Positions 45,490 to 54,693 are shown, counted from the first letter of the stretch. The stretch: DNA of 64,000 bases from Candidatus Harrisonbacteria bacterium RIFCSPHIGHO2_02_FULL_42_16 (GCA_001818695.1 MHJG01000003.1:4890-68889), one strand, 5' to 3'. Numbers and translations: made by a program. Notes: generated by a model from the letters alone, not told the origin.

Positions 45490-47123
45490 AAAATACTATA
45501 ACAATTCGAATAATAGTGGCGATCTTAACGCTAATTTTATTAGTGCCATTTTCCGCTTCAGCCGCTACAAAACCCGGAAGCTTATTTTACTTTTTTGACA
45601 CGGCTTTTGAACGAGTTAATCTATTTTTCACTTTTAATCCCGAAAAGAAAGCAATGAAAGCGCTTGATTATGCCGATAAACGGCTCGCTGAAATAAAAAC
45701 CATCACAGAAGAAGGAGGAAATGCCGATGATATTAAAACTTCTATTGCTAACTATGAACGCAATATTGCTTTAGCGGCGGAGAAATCTAAAGAGATTAAA
45801 GACAAAGGACAAGAGGAAAATTTACTTAATTTAATTACGAACAGCGCTTCAAAAAATCAAGAAGTTTTATCTGCTGTTTTAGCTAAAGTCCCCGACGAAG
45901 CAAAGGGGGCTATAACTAAAGCTATTGAAGCCAGTAAAAAAGGCCAAGTAGAAGCGCTTAAACAAGTTGCCGAATTAAATAAGGAAATCGTGGGGCTTAA
46001 ACAGGAAATAGCAGAATTAAAACGCTTGCAAATTGGAAATAAACAAGCTGAAACAGAACTTAAAAAAACAGTTGCCTCTCTTCAAAAGAATCCTAAAATA
46101 TTGAATAGTAAAGAAATTATTGCCAAAGTTAAACCGGCAGTCGTTTATATAGAAACGAGTAAGGGTTCTGGAAGCGGGATGATTATAGAGAGTGACGGCT
46201 TTATATTAACTAATAACCACGTAGTAACTGGCAGTTATAGCGTTAAAGTAAAACTTTCGGATGGACGAGTATTTAACGGGGGTGTTTTGGGCAGAAATGA
46301 AATTATTGATTTAGCAATAATCAAGATAGATGGCAATAATTTACCAACGGTAGGGCTGGGTAATTCTGATGCCATAGATCAAGGAGATGAAGCATTCACT
46401 TTAGGTTATCCGCTTGGAATAGAAGGAGATGTAAGTTTTAAGGAAGGAACAGTATCGCGTAGAATTGCCGTTGGAAACATAGATTATTTAGAAATCTCTG
46501 CCGATATTCTTCCGGGAAATAGTGGCGGGCCTTTAGTTGACCAATTTGGTCAAGTTATAGGAATTAATACGGCAGTATTGCCAGAAGCAAGCGTGCAAGG
46601 AATTTCTTTAGGAGAAACATTAAAATTCGCCATACCAGTAAATATTGCTAAAACACTTATCCCTGATTTGAAAGCAGGAAAAGTTGTTATTGATGAGATA
46701 GTCCAAGCCAAAGAGGCTGCGACGAAAGCCAAGGAAGTCGAAGAAAAAAGAAAAATAGAAGAAGTAAAGATGGAGGCGGAAAGATTGGCGGCGGAAAAAA
46801 CACGAATAATAGAAGAAGAAAATAGACGCACTGAAGCTCAAATTTTAGCTGCCCAACAGTGCAGGCAAAATAAACAAGCAATAGTAACAGAATATAATAA
46901 TAGAAAATTTAATTTAGAACAACAAATCACTGATCGTAGGTCAAAATATTATGCTGATTACTCTGCCATTACTAATGTGCCGTTTGTTGTTGCTGAAATA
47001 AAACAACGTCAATATGATGCTTTAGAGAGAGAAGCTAATAGAGATATAGCTTTATTGGAGCTTGATTTAGACAATCTTTACATTGATTATTCCAGTAGAC
47101 TTAATCAGTTTCAGTGTTATTAG
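45483..47123 (+). CDS. secreted DUF5667-like plus trypsin-like (HtrA-type, no PDZ) serine protease
   Basis: PGS.FYF.D..FE; LTNNHVV, DLA, GNSGGP. Confidence 0.88.
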   Translation: MVKNTITIRIIVAILTLILLVPFSASAATKPGSLFYFFDTAFERVNLFFTFNPEKKAMKALDYADKRLAEIKTITEEGGNADDIKTSIANYERNIALAAEKSKEIKDKGQEENLLNLITNSASKNQEVLSAVLAKVPDEAKGAITKAIEASKKGQVEALKQVAELNKEIVGLKQEIAELKRLQIGNKQAETELKKTVASLQKNPKILNSKEIIAKVKPAVVYIETSKGSGSGMIIESDGFILTNNHVVTGSYSVKVKLSDGRVFNGGVLGRNEIIDLAIIKIDGNNLPTVGLGNSDAIDQGDEAFTLGYPLGIEGDVSFKEGTVSRRIAVGNIDYLEISADILPGNSGGPLVDQFGQVIGINTAVLPEASVQGISLGETLKFAIPVNIAKTLIPDLKAGKVVIDEIVQAKEAATKAKEVEEKRKIEEVKMEAERLAAEKTRIIEEENRRTEAQILAAQQCRQNKQAIVTEYNNRKFNLEQQITDRRSKYYADYSAITNVPFVVAEIKQRQYDALEREANRDIALLELDLDNLYIDYSSRLNQFQCY

Positions 47124-47149
47124 AAATGGCATTTTAGAAAAATAAATTT

Positions 47150-47365
47150 ATGAAAAAAAAATATTATGATTCACCAACTCATTGGATATTGCTTTTTATT
47201 GTTATAATAGTTTGTATTGTATTCTACCAAACTGGAAAAGAGCGGGGCTATCAGCGGGCTTATTCACAAATTTGCTGGGAAATTGAATATCAAGGTAAGT
47301 CCTGTTCGTCTTGGCTAGAACTCCAATCTATTGATCCCGGCCTAGAGCCGGATCGCTATAAATAA
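47150..47365 (+). CDS. small membrane hypothetical protein
   Basis: TM helix; follows the protease. Confidence 0.55.
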   Translation: MKKKYYDSPTHWILLFIVIIVCIVFYQTGKERGYQRAYSQICWEIEYQGKSCSSWLELQSIDPGLEPDRYK

Positions 47366-47551
47366 TCTTAATCACAATAAATAACTCTTTGAGAAAAATA
47401 TAGATTGATTAGTTGATATTAGAAGTAATAAATCCTATTATTTAATCAGGCCAAACCGGCCTTTTTAAATTTAAAAAAGTATGGACAGACCCATAGAGTT
47501 ATGCACACCGGTACGTTATTTGACATATTCCTAGTTATGCAATAATCTGAA

Positions 47552-47610
47552 AGTGATCAGTAATGATCACGATTTCTAAAGCTTAGGGGCTCCGCAAGGA
47601 GTCCCTTTTG
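47552..47610 (+). ncRNA. candidate small RNA convergent with the NYN remnant
   Basis: TTGACA at 47520; GTGATCA-GTAA-TGATCAC; GGGGCTCC-GCAA-GGAGTCCC-TTTT. Confidence 0.4.
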
Positions 47611-47615
47611 CCATT

Positions 47616-47855
47616 TTAAGGAGAAAGTTCTCTTTTCCAGCAAATAAACTCTTTGATTTTTTGTATGTCAAAAATAAAGAGGCCGTTCTTTGTGAGTGCG
47701 TTTAATTCAGAAGAAACACGACGAGCTGTCGCAAAAAGAACTACTTTTTTACCATCACTTAATAATTGTTTTATTGGATCGGTAAAATCGCTGTCTCCGC
47801 TCCAAAGGATAAAATTTTCTGTGCCATTTTTATCATCATGTCAAGCACCCCCTTT
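47616..47855 (-). pseudogene. C-terminal remnant of a NYN/LabA-DUF88 nuclease
   Basis: frame 47840-47616 reads ENFILWSGDSDFTDPIKQLLSDGKKVVLF...SSEL; no start, upstream TGA. Confidence 0.75.
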
Positions 47856-47969
47856 TTAGTAAATAGTTTCGATAAGTTTTTTCTGCCGCTGTTTTTCGTA
47901 AAGTTTTTGATAATCGGGATGTAGTTTTTTGAGTTTCTTTTCAAAATCATTACTGGTGATAATCTTCAT
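47856..47969 (-). pseudogene. truncated RelE-like toxin (37 aa)
   Basis: MKIITSNDFEKKLKKLHPDYQKLY aligns with the N-terminus of the 44478-44735 toxin. Confidence 0.65.
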
Positions 47970-48151
47970 TATCTTTGAGCGTTAAGAATAGCGCGTCTTA
48001 TTTCTTTATGATTTTTATATTCATCTAATGTTTCTTCGGGGAGATTTGAGGTAAAAGTAATAAACTTAGCAAGCTTGTCCTGAGCTTCTTTTACCCCCCT
48101 CAATTCACGTTCAACTTTTTTAAGTTTTTTCTCTAATGTCGCAGTACTCAT
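47969..48151 (-). CDS. putative antitoxin, paralog of 44732-44932
   Basis: shared MSTAT start, PEE.L..Y.....I motif, shared upstream DNA. Confidence 0.65.
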   Translation of the reverse strand: MSTATLEKKLKKVERELRGVKEAQDKLAKFITFTSNLPEETLDEYKNHKEIRRAILNAQR

Positions 48152-48319
48152 ATATAAAACATTTTAACATAACATATGTTATGAATACAAGCATTTACCC
48201 TATTTTTCAAACTAAAATAGCGCACTAATCAGAAAAATTATTGCCTATTGATAATTTTATAGACTTTTTATATTATATGTGTAAGTACTTTAAAATTATC
48301 AAAGATAGGCGAGGCAAAT

Positions 48320-48841
48320 ATGAAAAAGCTGGAAATTGAACGAAGATTTCTTTTACTTTTACCGCCAAGTTTTTTTGGAGAACATTTGCTAAAGCCCTTA
48401 ATTACAGAAAAATATTCAATTTTACAGATATATCTTAAAAAATCATTTAAGAAAGCAGGAAACCGAAGAATCAGGGAGATTTATGATTCTAAGAAAAATT
48501 CTCATTCATATTTTTTGACGGAAAAACAATCAACAAAAAATCCAGTAGTAAGAGTAGAAAATGAGCGTGAAATTAGCAAAGAAGAATTTAAAAAATTGGA
48601 AGCTGAAATGGATCGAAGCCGTGACCCGATATTTAAACGGCGGGTATGTTTTGAGTGGAAAAAGCAAGAATTTGAATTAGATTTTTTTATTGCTCCCAAG
48701 AGAATTTTTGGCCTTGTAATATTAGAAATTGAATTGGAAAATCCCAAACAAAAAGTAATTCTTCCGGATTTTCTCCCGATTGCGGTGGAAATCACCAACT
48801 CTCCCGACCTTTCAAATTCAAACTTAGCAAAGCGGCCTTAA
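48320..48841 (+). CDS. CYTH domain protein
   Basis: EIERRFL, Q.YL, R.R, E.E.EI, I.K.R, FELD, LEIEL. Confidence 0.85.
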   Translation: MKKLEIERRFLLLLPPSFFGEHLLKPLITEKYSILQIYLKKSFKKAGNRRIREIYDSKKNSHSYFLTEKQSTKNPVVRVENEREISKEEFKKLEAEMDRSRDPIFKRRVCFEWKKQEFELDFFIAPKRIFGLVILEIELENPKQKVILPDFLPIAVEITNSPDLSNSNLAKRP

Positions 48842-48862
48842 TGGGCCGTTTTTTAAACTTGA

Positions 48863-48944
48863 CCCCGCACCTTTGAAAGAGCAGAAAACGAAATTTAGCT
48901 CATTTCAGTAATGTTTTATCTCTTACTCTTATAAAGGTGCGGGG
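48863..48944. mobile_element. MITE-like element with TIR CCCCGCACCTTT and TSD TTGA
   Basis: 12-bp IR; TTGA at 48859-48862 and 48945-48948. Confidence 0.75.
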
Positions 48945-48977
48945 TTGACAAAAATTTTGTAACTGCTATAATAGGAA

Positions 48978-49204
48978 TACTTGCGGAATGGCATTTAGGT
49001 GCTAATACCGTAAGGCTAAAGGGAAAAGAGCCCAAAAAGGAGTCCCCATCGAAAGATGAAGACCAAGAAAGCATCAGAATAGTAGTTTCCCCGCGACGCC
49101 GCCCCAAACTAGCCCTGGTTGTAAAGGGCTCATATCCCGATGAAAATCGGGACGGTCTGCCCCTTCCATGCGTAGTAACGTATTATGGAAGGGGCAATTT
49201 TTTT
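48978..49204 (+). ncRNA. candidate ~225-nt structured RNA
   Basis: TTGACA-N16-TATAAT (48945-48972), several stems and GAAA loops, 12-bp terminator 49158-49204, no convincing ORF. Confidence 0.6.
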
Positions 49205-49754
49205 AATCAATATAAAATCGATAACATTTTTTCGCCCAAACCGGACCGGCATAAGCCACGCCAATACGCGGGGCTTTTTTAATTTTATTTGGCGGAATTT
49301 TTATTCCTCTATCTTCCAGCCAAAGACCGGATTTTTTAGCAACTGGTTTACCGTTTAAGTTTTTATCAATGTGGAGCGCCTTGGTCAATTTAGCCGGGCC
49401 ATTTAATATAGAAGCGGATTGACGCGGATAGCTACGCTGATTTTTGCTGATACCTCTAATAAGAATAGCGGCGGGATAATTAATGGGCCCGGTTACGATA
49501 TTCAGCATCCAATGCATTCCGTAAGTAAAATAAACATACCAATGCCCGGTCGGACCGAACATTATCTTATTCCGCTCGGTTTTGCCCTTATGGGCATGAG
49601 ATGCCTTGTCTTTAAATCCATTGTACGCTTCCGTTTCTACAATTAAATACTTCTTAGTTTTTCCGCGGTATCGCCGGACTAAAAATTTTCCCAATAATCT
49701 TTTGGCTATTTTTACGGTATCTTTCCCGCTAAAAAACGCTTGACGTAAAAGCAT
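49203..49754 (-). CDS. mpg: 3-methyladenine DNA glycosylase
   Basis: IVETEAY, D.ASH, YVYFTYGMH..LNIV, GPAKL, RIGV. Confidence 0.95.
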   Translation of the reverse strand: MLLRQAFFSGKDTVKIAKRLLGKFLVRRYRGKTKKYLIVETEAYNGFKDKASHAHKGKTERNKIMFGPTGHWYVYFTYGMHWMLNIVTGPINYPAAILIRGISKNQRSYPRQSASILNGPAKLTKALHIDKNLNGKPVAKKSGLWLEDRGIKIPPNKIKKAPRIGVAYAGPVWAKKCYRFYID

Positions 49755-49800
49755 AGTTTCTTTATACTATACATTAGCGCGTTGAAAACAAGGAGATAAG

Positions 49801-50217
49801 ATGAAGCGAAATTATAATAGGGAAAAAGAAAATGTTGTGCCAAGATTATTTACAGAAAAGGAATATCAGTCTTCTAAGAAAGAACAAAGGCTTCGAAAAT
49901 TACTTAAAAATGGACGCTCAGTTCTTGAAGAAGCAAAAAAAATTAAAAAAATGCTTGGAAACGAGAATTGTCTTTATATTCTTACGGCCTTACAGCGAAA
50001 ACCGATGCGCTTCAGCCAAATTCAAAAATTATTCATTTTTGACCCAGTTCAATTAGATTCGAATTTAGAATTTTTAAGCAAAGAATTTTGGATTATCGCG
50101 CATGTCGTACCCGCAAAAGGCAAGTTTTTAGCAGTATGGAGAGTGTCAAAACGAGGAAAGATGATTTTGACATTACTTGGCATGAAATGTGGTTTATTCA
50201 AACCGCTCTCCGAATGA
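49801..50217 (+). CDS. HxlR-like winged-helix protein
   Basis: IL..L...PMRFSQI......L...L..L; S.RG; AGGAG RBS. Confidence 0.6.
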   Translation: MKRNYNREKENVVPRLFTEKEYQSSKKEQRLRKLLKNGRSVLEEAKKIKKMLGNENCLYILTALQRKPMRFSQIQKLFIFDPVQLDSNLEFLSKEFWIIAHVVPAKGKFLAVWRVSKRGKMILTLLGMKCGLFKPLSE

Positions 50218-50226
50218 GCGGTTTTT

Positions 50227-50487
50227 TTATTCTTCTATTTCGTTTTCTTTTCTGGCGCCTTCCAGCGCCGCTTCAAGGTCTTTTGGATTTGAGAATCTTT
50301 TTTCCAATAATTTTGCTAATCGCTTTTTAGCCGGCTCCCCTTCTGTTGCTCGAAGATAAAGATGTAGGATACGATTGGTCTCCGCCTTTTCTGCCGCAGC
50401 TTTTTCTTTGGTGGCCTTTTTTTCTGCCATAGCCCCCTCAACTGCTTTAGTTGGGTAATGTTCATATTGTGGTTTTTTGAATTTCAT
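50227..50487 (-). CDS. hypothetical protein
   Basis: charged helical ORF, upstream promoter-like sequence. Confidence 0.55.
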   Translation of the reverse strand: MKFKKPQYEHYPTKAVEGAMAEKKATKEKAAAEKAETNRILHLYLRATEGEPAKKRLAKLLEKRFSNPKDLEAALEGARKENEIEE

Positions 50488-50599
50488 AATTCTAATCTTA
50501 AATCAAACTGTATTTTTTTACAAGAGTATTTATTTGACTTCCTTTAAATTTTAAAGTAATATATAAACAGTTGTCTGATAATTGAACAAGGGGGCATGT

Positions 50600-51583
50600 G
50601 TGAAAATAAAGTTCTGGGGAGTGCGGGGAAGCGTTCCGGCGCCATTAACTGGGGCGCAAGTTGAAGAAAAAATTAGAAAAGCGCTTTTTTTTTATCAATT
50701 TCATATCAAAATAAATCCGGGAAATCCTATGCATAATTACCAATTTCATGAGATATCAACTTATGGAGGCAATACTTCCTGCGTAGAAATTATTGCCGGC
50801 AACGAGAGAATCGCTTGCGATATGGGAACTGGGTTTAGATTGCTTGGAAATGCGCTTTTTGGCGAAGTTTTTAAAACTAAAATTCTTCGGCTTACGGTTC
50901 TTTTATCCCATCTTCACTGGGACCATATTCAAGGCCTGCCTTTTTTTGGAGAGTTATACCTGAACAAGGAGTCCGGTTTTAAGAATGATTTTACTTTTTA
51001 CGGCGGAACAAATTGGCAGAGTGGCGTGGAATCTTGTCTTCAAGGACAAATGGACCCTCCTCTTTTTCCGGTTTCTTTCAAAGAAATTGAGGACCAAACC
51101 GCTAAATTGCAGATGAATACGGTTCATGATCAAATGAGTTTCAAAATCGGAGAAGCAGTAGTTAAAACTCGAAAATTAAATCATCCGCAGGAAACTTATG
51201 GCTATCGGATTGAGCATAGCGGCAAAGTATTTGTTTACGCAACTGATAATGAGCCATACGACCCGCTGTACCCTGACCCGAAATTGCTTGACCTTGCAAA
51301 AGGCGCTGATGTATTAGTTATTGATTGCCAATATACTAAGAATATTTATGAGGGTAAGGTGGGCGGAGTTCCTCGACATGGCTGGGGACATTCTTACCCT
51401 GAAGCAGTGGCGCAAATAGCTCTGCAAGCCGGAGTTAAAAAGATGACGCTTTTTCATCATGACCCCGCATCAACTGATGAGCAAATTTATCAAATGGAAC
51501 AGAATACCCAAAATTTAGTTCACGCGCTTGGCGGCAATACAAAGGTGATTGCCGCTTATGAAGGATTAGAAATTGAACTTTAA
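50600..51583 (+). CDS. MBL-fold metallo-hydrolase
   Basis: FWGVRGS.P, YGGNTSC, SHLHWDHIQG, WGHS, FHHDP; GTG start. Confidence 0.93.
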   Translation: MKIKFWGVRGSVPAPLTGAQVEEKIRKALFFYQFHIKINPGNPMHNYQFHEISTYGGNTSCVEIIAGNERIACDMGTGFRLLGNALFGEVFKTKILRLTVLLSHLHWDHIQGLPFFGELYLNKESGFKNDFTFYGGTNWQSGVESCLQGQMDPPLFPVSFKEIEDQTAKLQMNTVHDQMSFKIGEAVVKTRKLNHPQETYGYRIEHSGKVFVYATDNEPYDPLYPDPKLLDLAKGADVLVIDCQYTKNIYEGKVGGVPRHGWGHSYPEAVAQIALQAGVKKMTLFHHDPASTDEQIYQMEQNTQNLVHALGGNTKVIAAYEGLEIEL

Positions 51584-51812
51584 AAAAAACCGCTCCCCAA
51601 ATGAGCGGTTTTCCAGGAAGTGAAAAAGCGACTGCTCTCCAATGAAAATTGGAGAGTTTTTATATTTATAGTCGCTTTTCTACTTCCTGGTTTTTTATTC
51701 AAAAAAATACAAAGTCCCCGATGTATTATCGGGGACTTTCCAGCCAAATTTCTCTTTAGCTGGACACTGGCGCTTCTTCTGTAGGCGGAGTGGCAAAGAG
51801 CCGCGAAACATC

Positions 51813-52127
51813 TCAGACGTCAAACTTAACGTCATGATATGCTTCTATGCCTTCGCCGTTGGCATTGACTGCGTCCGGAATTTTAATCCGGATGGTGTCA
51901 ATGCTAACCCGTTCGATTACTTGGTCTCCGCGCAGGAGACCGTAATCTTTTGGATTAAGACAGTCATTAGGGTCGCCATAGTGGCATACCGACTTGACTG
52001 TCTTTTCTCCGCACGGGCAGCACTCAACTTCGCCGCCTAACTCATCGCCATCATAGTAGAGACCTTTGTCTACCCAGTGATAGAGATGCCCCTTTTTACA
52101 GAAGGACGCCTTACCCGGAGCTCCCAT
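51813..52127 (-). CDS. Cys/His-rich hypothetical protein
   Basis: AAGGAGG RBS; CxxGH, CCPCG, CHYG. Confidence 0.65.
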   Translation of the reverse strand: MGAPGKASFCKKGHLYHWVDKGLYYDGDELGGEVECCPCGEKTVKSVCHYGDPNDCLNPKDYGLLRGDQVIERVSIDTIRIKIPDAVNANGEGIEAYHDVKFDV

Positions 52128-52329
52128 GACTTACCTCCTTACTTATCCCATACCTCCTCTTGCGAGTGAGGGCTTATATGGGTGGCCAACCGCAGCCATT
52201 TGCGGTTTTATGTTACTAACCTTACTGTGCTTCATTCTTTTTTCATTTTTTTCTTGCCGCTGTTGGCCTGGAGGAATTTGGGAGCCGGACGCTATAGCTT
52301 CAAGGTACTATGGTTAAAAGTATAGCACA

Positions 52330-52707
52330 TTATAAAATTCCTGTCAATTCCTCCAAAATGTCTTCCGGTATCGGTATGGCTTTGTCTTTTGGACTGGTTC
52401 CCGGGTACCGCCAGGCAGAGATAATCTTTATTCGCATGGGCGCTTTCGCATTGCCGAGTCCCGCATTGCGGGACGGAGGCGCGCTATTCGCATGCCGGAA
52501 CATGACCCAAATTTCCTCTTTCCGTTTCTGCGTGTCATTCCGTTTCATTACCGCGGTGGTTTTCGGCGCAATCCCCTCTTCTTTGCGGGCTGGATTTTTC
52601 AAGACCGTTTTAATTTTCTGTTCCGAAAGCCGGTATTGGAGCATTTTATTTTTAACATGGTTCGTCCAGGAAAAATTTTTGTCGTCTTTTGGAAATTTAA
52701 ACAGCAT
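52330..52707 (-). CDS. DUF4258/BrnT-like small toxin-fold protein
   Basis: WT.H...KM..Y.LSE..P.R.EEG..EIWVM..IISAWRYPG. Confidence 0.65.
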   Translation of the reverse strand: MLFKFPKDDKNFSWTNHVKNKMLQYRLSEQKIKTVLKNPARKEEGIAPKTTAVMKRNDTQKRKEEIWVMFRHANSAPPSRNAGLGNAKAPMRIKIISAWRYPGTSPKDKAIPIPEDILEELTGIL

Positions 52708-52721
52708 AAAAAGTTATAGGA

Positions 52722-52739
52722 ATCATTCGTGCGAATGAT
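52722..52739. repeat. hairpin overlapping the ArsR gene 2 stop
   Basis: ATCATTC-GTGC-GAATGAT. Confidence 0.7.
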
Positions 52740-53004
52740 GGATATGACTAATTAAATCTTTAATTGGCTGATTAAGGTGTTTTGGAATTTTATAATACAC
52801 ATTTTTACTGCGCTGTTCTTTTTCTACTATTTCAGCATTAAATAAATTTAATAAATGTTTAGAGGTAGCTTTTAAAGAAAGTTTTATAATGGAAGCGACA
52901 TCTGAAACTGTTATTTCCCCATCATTTAAAAGTAATTTAATAATTCGCAACCGCCTTTTATTTCCTAATGTCTTAAATAATTTTTCCAATTCTTTTATAT
53001 GCAT
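52723..53004 (-). CDS. ArsR/SmtB family wHTH regulator (paralog of 17977-18243)
   Basis: FK.L.N.RRL.I..LL, VSD.A..I.LS..ATSKHL; ends SHE*. Confidence 0.9.
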   Translation of the reverse strand: MHIKELEKLFKTLGNKRRLRIIKLLLNDGEITVSDVASIIKLSLKATSKHLLNLFNAEIVEKEQRSKNVYYKIPKHLNQPIKDLISHIHHSHE

Positions 53005-53043
53005 AGTGTTTATTATTATATCATTTTAATAAAAAATTACAAT

Positions 53044-53071
53044 TAAGAATCATTCGCACGAATGATTCTTA
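53044..53071. repeat. perfect 12-bp-arm hairpin upstream of ArsR gene 2
   Basis: TAAGAATCATTC-GCAC-GAATGATTCTTA. Confidence 0.85.
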
Positions 53072-53169
53072 TAAGAAAATAAAATAAAAATGAAAATTTC
53101 TTTTAATATAACTACCCGAGCGTAAGCTCGGAGTATTTATGTGCTTAATAAAAAGTATATAATTAAATT

Positions 53170-54693
53170 ATGGGGTTAAGCAATAATTTAGCCGTTTTGC
53201 GTCGGGGACTGATTTTTTTAATTATTACGGCTTCTTTTTTACTGATGCTTAATGCCGCGAAAACCGATTCTTTAATTATCGGAGAGCCGCTATCGTCAAC
53301 TATTGAAATAAGAGTTATTTCCATAATAATAACAATCACTCTGCTTTTATTTGTTTATTTTTTTGCTAAAGAATTGCTGGGCCGCTGGTGGGCAGTGCTT
53401 CCTTTATTGTTTACCGGATTTTCTCCGACCATACTTGCTTATGGGCATTATGCCGTTAACGACATTGTTTTCACTTTGGCGATACTGGCAGCTTTATTTT
53501 TTTTTACCCGTTCTTTAACTTCGCCGGCAAAAATGAATATCTTTTTTGCGGCAATGGCATTTGGTTCGGCTCAGGCATCAAACTTATCTTCCGTTATTTT
53601 AATTCCCTATTTTCTTTTGATAATTTTAATTTTTTATGCCGCCAAAATTTTTAAAAACAACAATTTGGAATCCGGAAAAACTTTAATTCAACTAACTCTT
53701 TTAGTTTTGGGCATAATTTTAATCGGGTATCTTTTTGTGGTTTATCCGGTTTATTTAACGAAGTATTTTGAAACTGAGTCGCCTCCGTTTCATGCCAGCC
53801 AGCAGTTTATATACGGTCCTATGAAAATATATTTAAACGACCTTGTGGCATATTATTCCAGCCAATCTCAATCAATTTTGCCTTGGTGGCATTATTTAAT
53901 CATTTACCCGCTTAAAGAACCAATGCCTCTTTTAATCACGATTTTATTCGCAGCCATTATGGGAATAATTTATTTTTTAGCGGGATTAAATTTTAATTTT
54001 AAAATTACCGGGCAAAAATTCAACGGATACCTTAATACTTACGGAACAGAATTTTCTTTGCTTATCTTTGCCGTTTTATATTGGAAGTATATTTCCATAA
54101 GTCCAGGCAATGGGGGCATTAATAAGCTCCTGCCGATCTTGCCGATAATGCATATTCTCGCCGCAATTCCCATTAAAAAATGGTTTGCGCGCCGGCCGCA
54201 TTATATAGCTACGACCTTAAAAGAAAAAATTATGAATTGGCTGAATTCTTTGATTAGTTTTTGGTTAAAATCCGTTATTTTGGGAATTATGGCAATCTGG
54301 CTTATAATTTCCGTTTTCTTGGCGACGCCGCATTTTTTATCTTACGCCAACGGATTATTTAAAAATAATTATCAATATCCGTTTAATTACGGAATTGACC
54401 TTGGTCAGGATTTAAAACGGCTGAAAGAATGGGCGGATATAAACTTAGAGCCAAGCGAAATTATTGCCGTTGATTATTTTGGAACGGAAAATCCTAATGC
54501 TTATCTCGGCGCAAGATTTGCGCCGTGGCATTCGTCCGACGGCAATCCTAAAGAAAACGGAATAGGTTGGTTCGCGCTGTCGGTAAATAATCTGCAAACC
54601 GCCATGAAAAATCCGGATGAATATCGATGGCTGGAAAACCTTGAACGGCCGATCGACCTGGTAGGAAAAACCATCCTAATTTACAGGTTATAA
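53170..54693 (+). CDS. GT-C (ArnT/PMT-like) membrane glycosyltransferase, divergent
   Basis: many TM helices, FSP..LA.GH...D, D.GQDLKRL, VDYFG. Confidence 0.7.
   Translation: MGLSNNLAVLRRGLIFLIITASFLLMLNAAKTDSLIIGEPLSSTIEIRVISIIITITLLLFVYFFAKELLGRWWAVLPLLFTGFSPTILAYGHYAVNDIVFTLAILAALFFFTRSLTSPAKMNIFFAAMAFGSAQASNLSSVILIPYFLLIILIFYAAKIFKNNNLESGKTLIQLTLLVLGIILIGYLFVVYPVYLTKYFETESPPFHASQQFIYGPMKIYLNDLVAYYSSQSQSILPWWHYLIIYPLKEPMPLLITILFAAIMGIIYFLAGLNFNFKITGQKFNGYLNTYGTEFSLLIFAVLYWKYISISPGNGGINKLLPILPIMHILAAIPIKKWFARRPHYIATTLKEKIMNWLNSLISFWLKSVILGIMAIWLIISVFLATPHFLSYANGLFKNNYQYPFNYGIDLGQDLKRLKEWADINLEPSEIIAVDYFGTENPNAYLGARFAPWHSSDGNPKENGIGWFALSVNNLQTAMKNPDEYRWLENLERPIDLVGKTILIYRL

Noticed and set aside
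47653-47859. Plus-strand 68-aa ORF
   Set aside because: Shadow of the minus-strand NYN remnant
48978-49204. RNase P, SRP or 6S RNA
   Set aside because: No GAGGAAAGTCC, no SRP domain IV motif, no long end-to-end duplex
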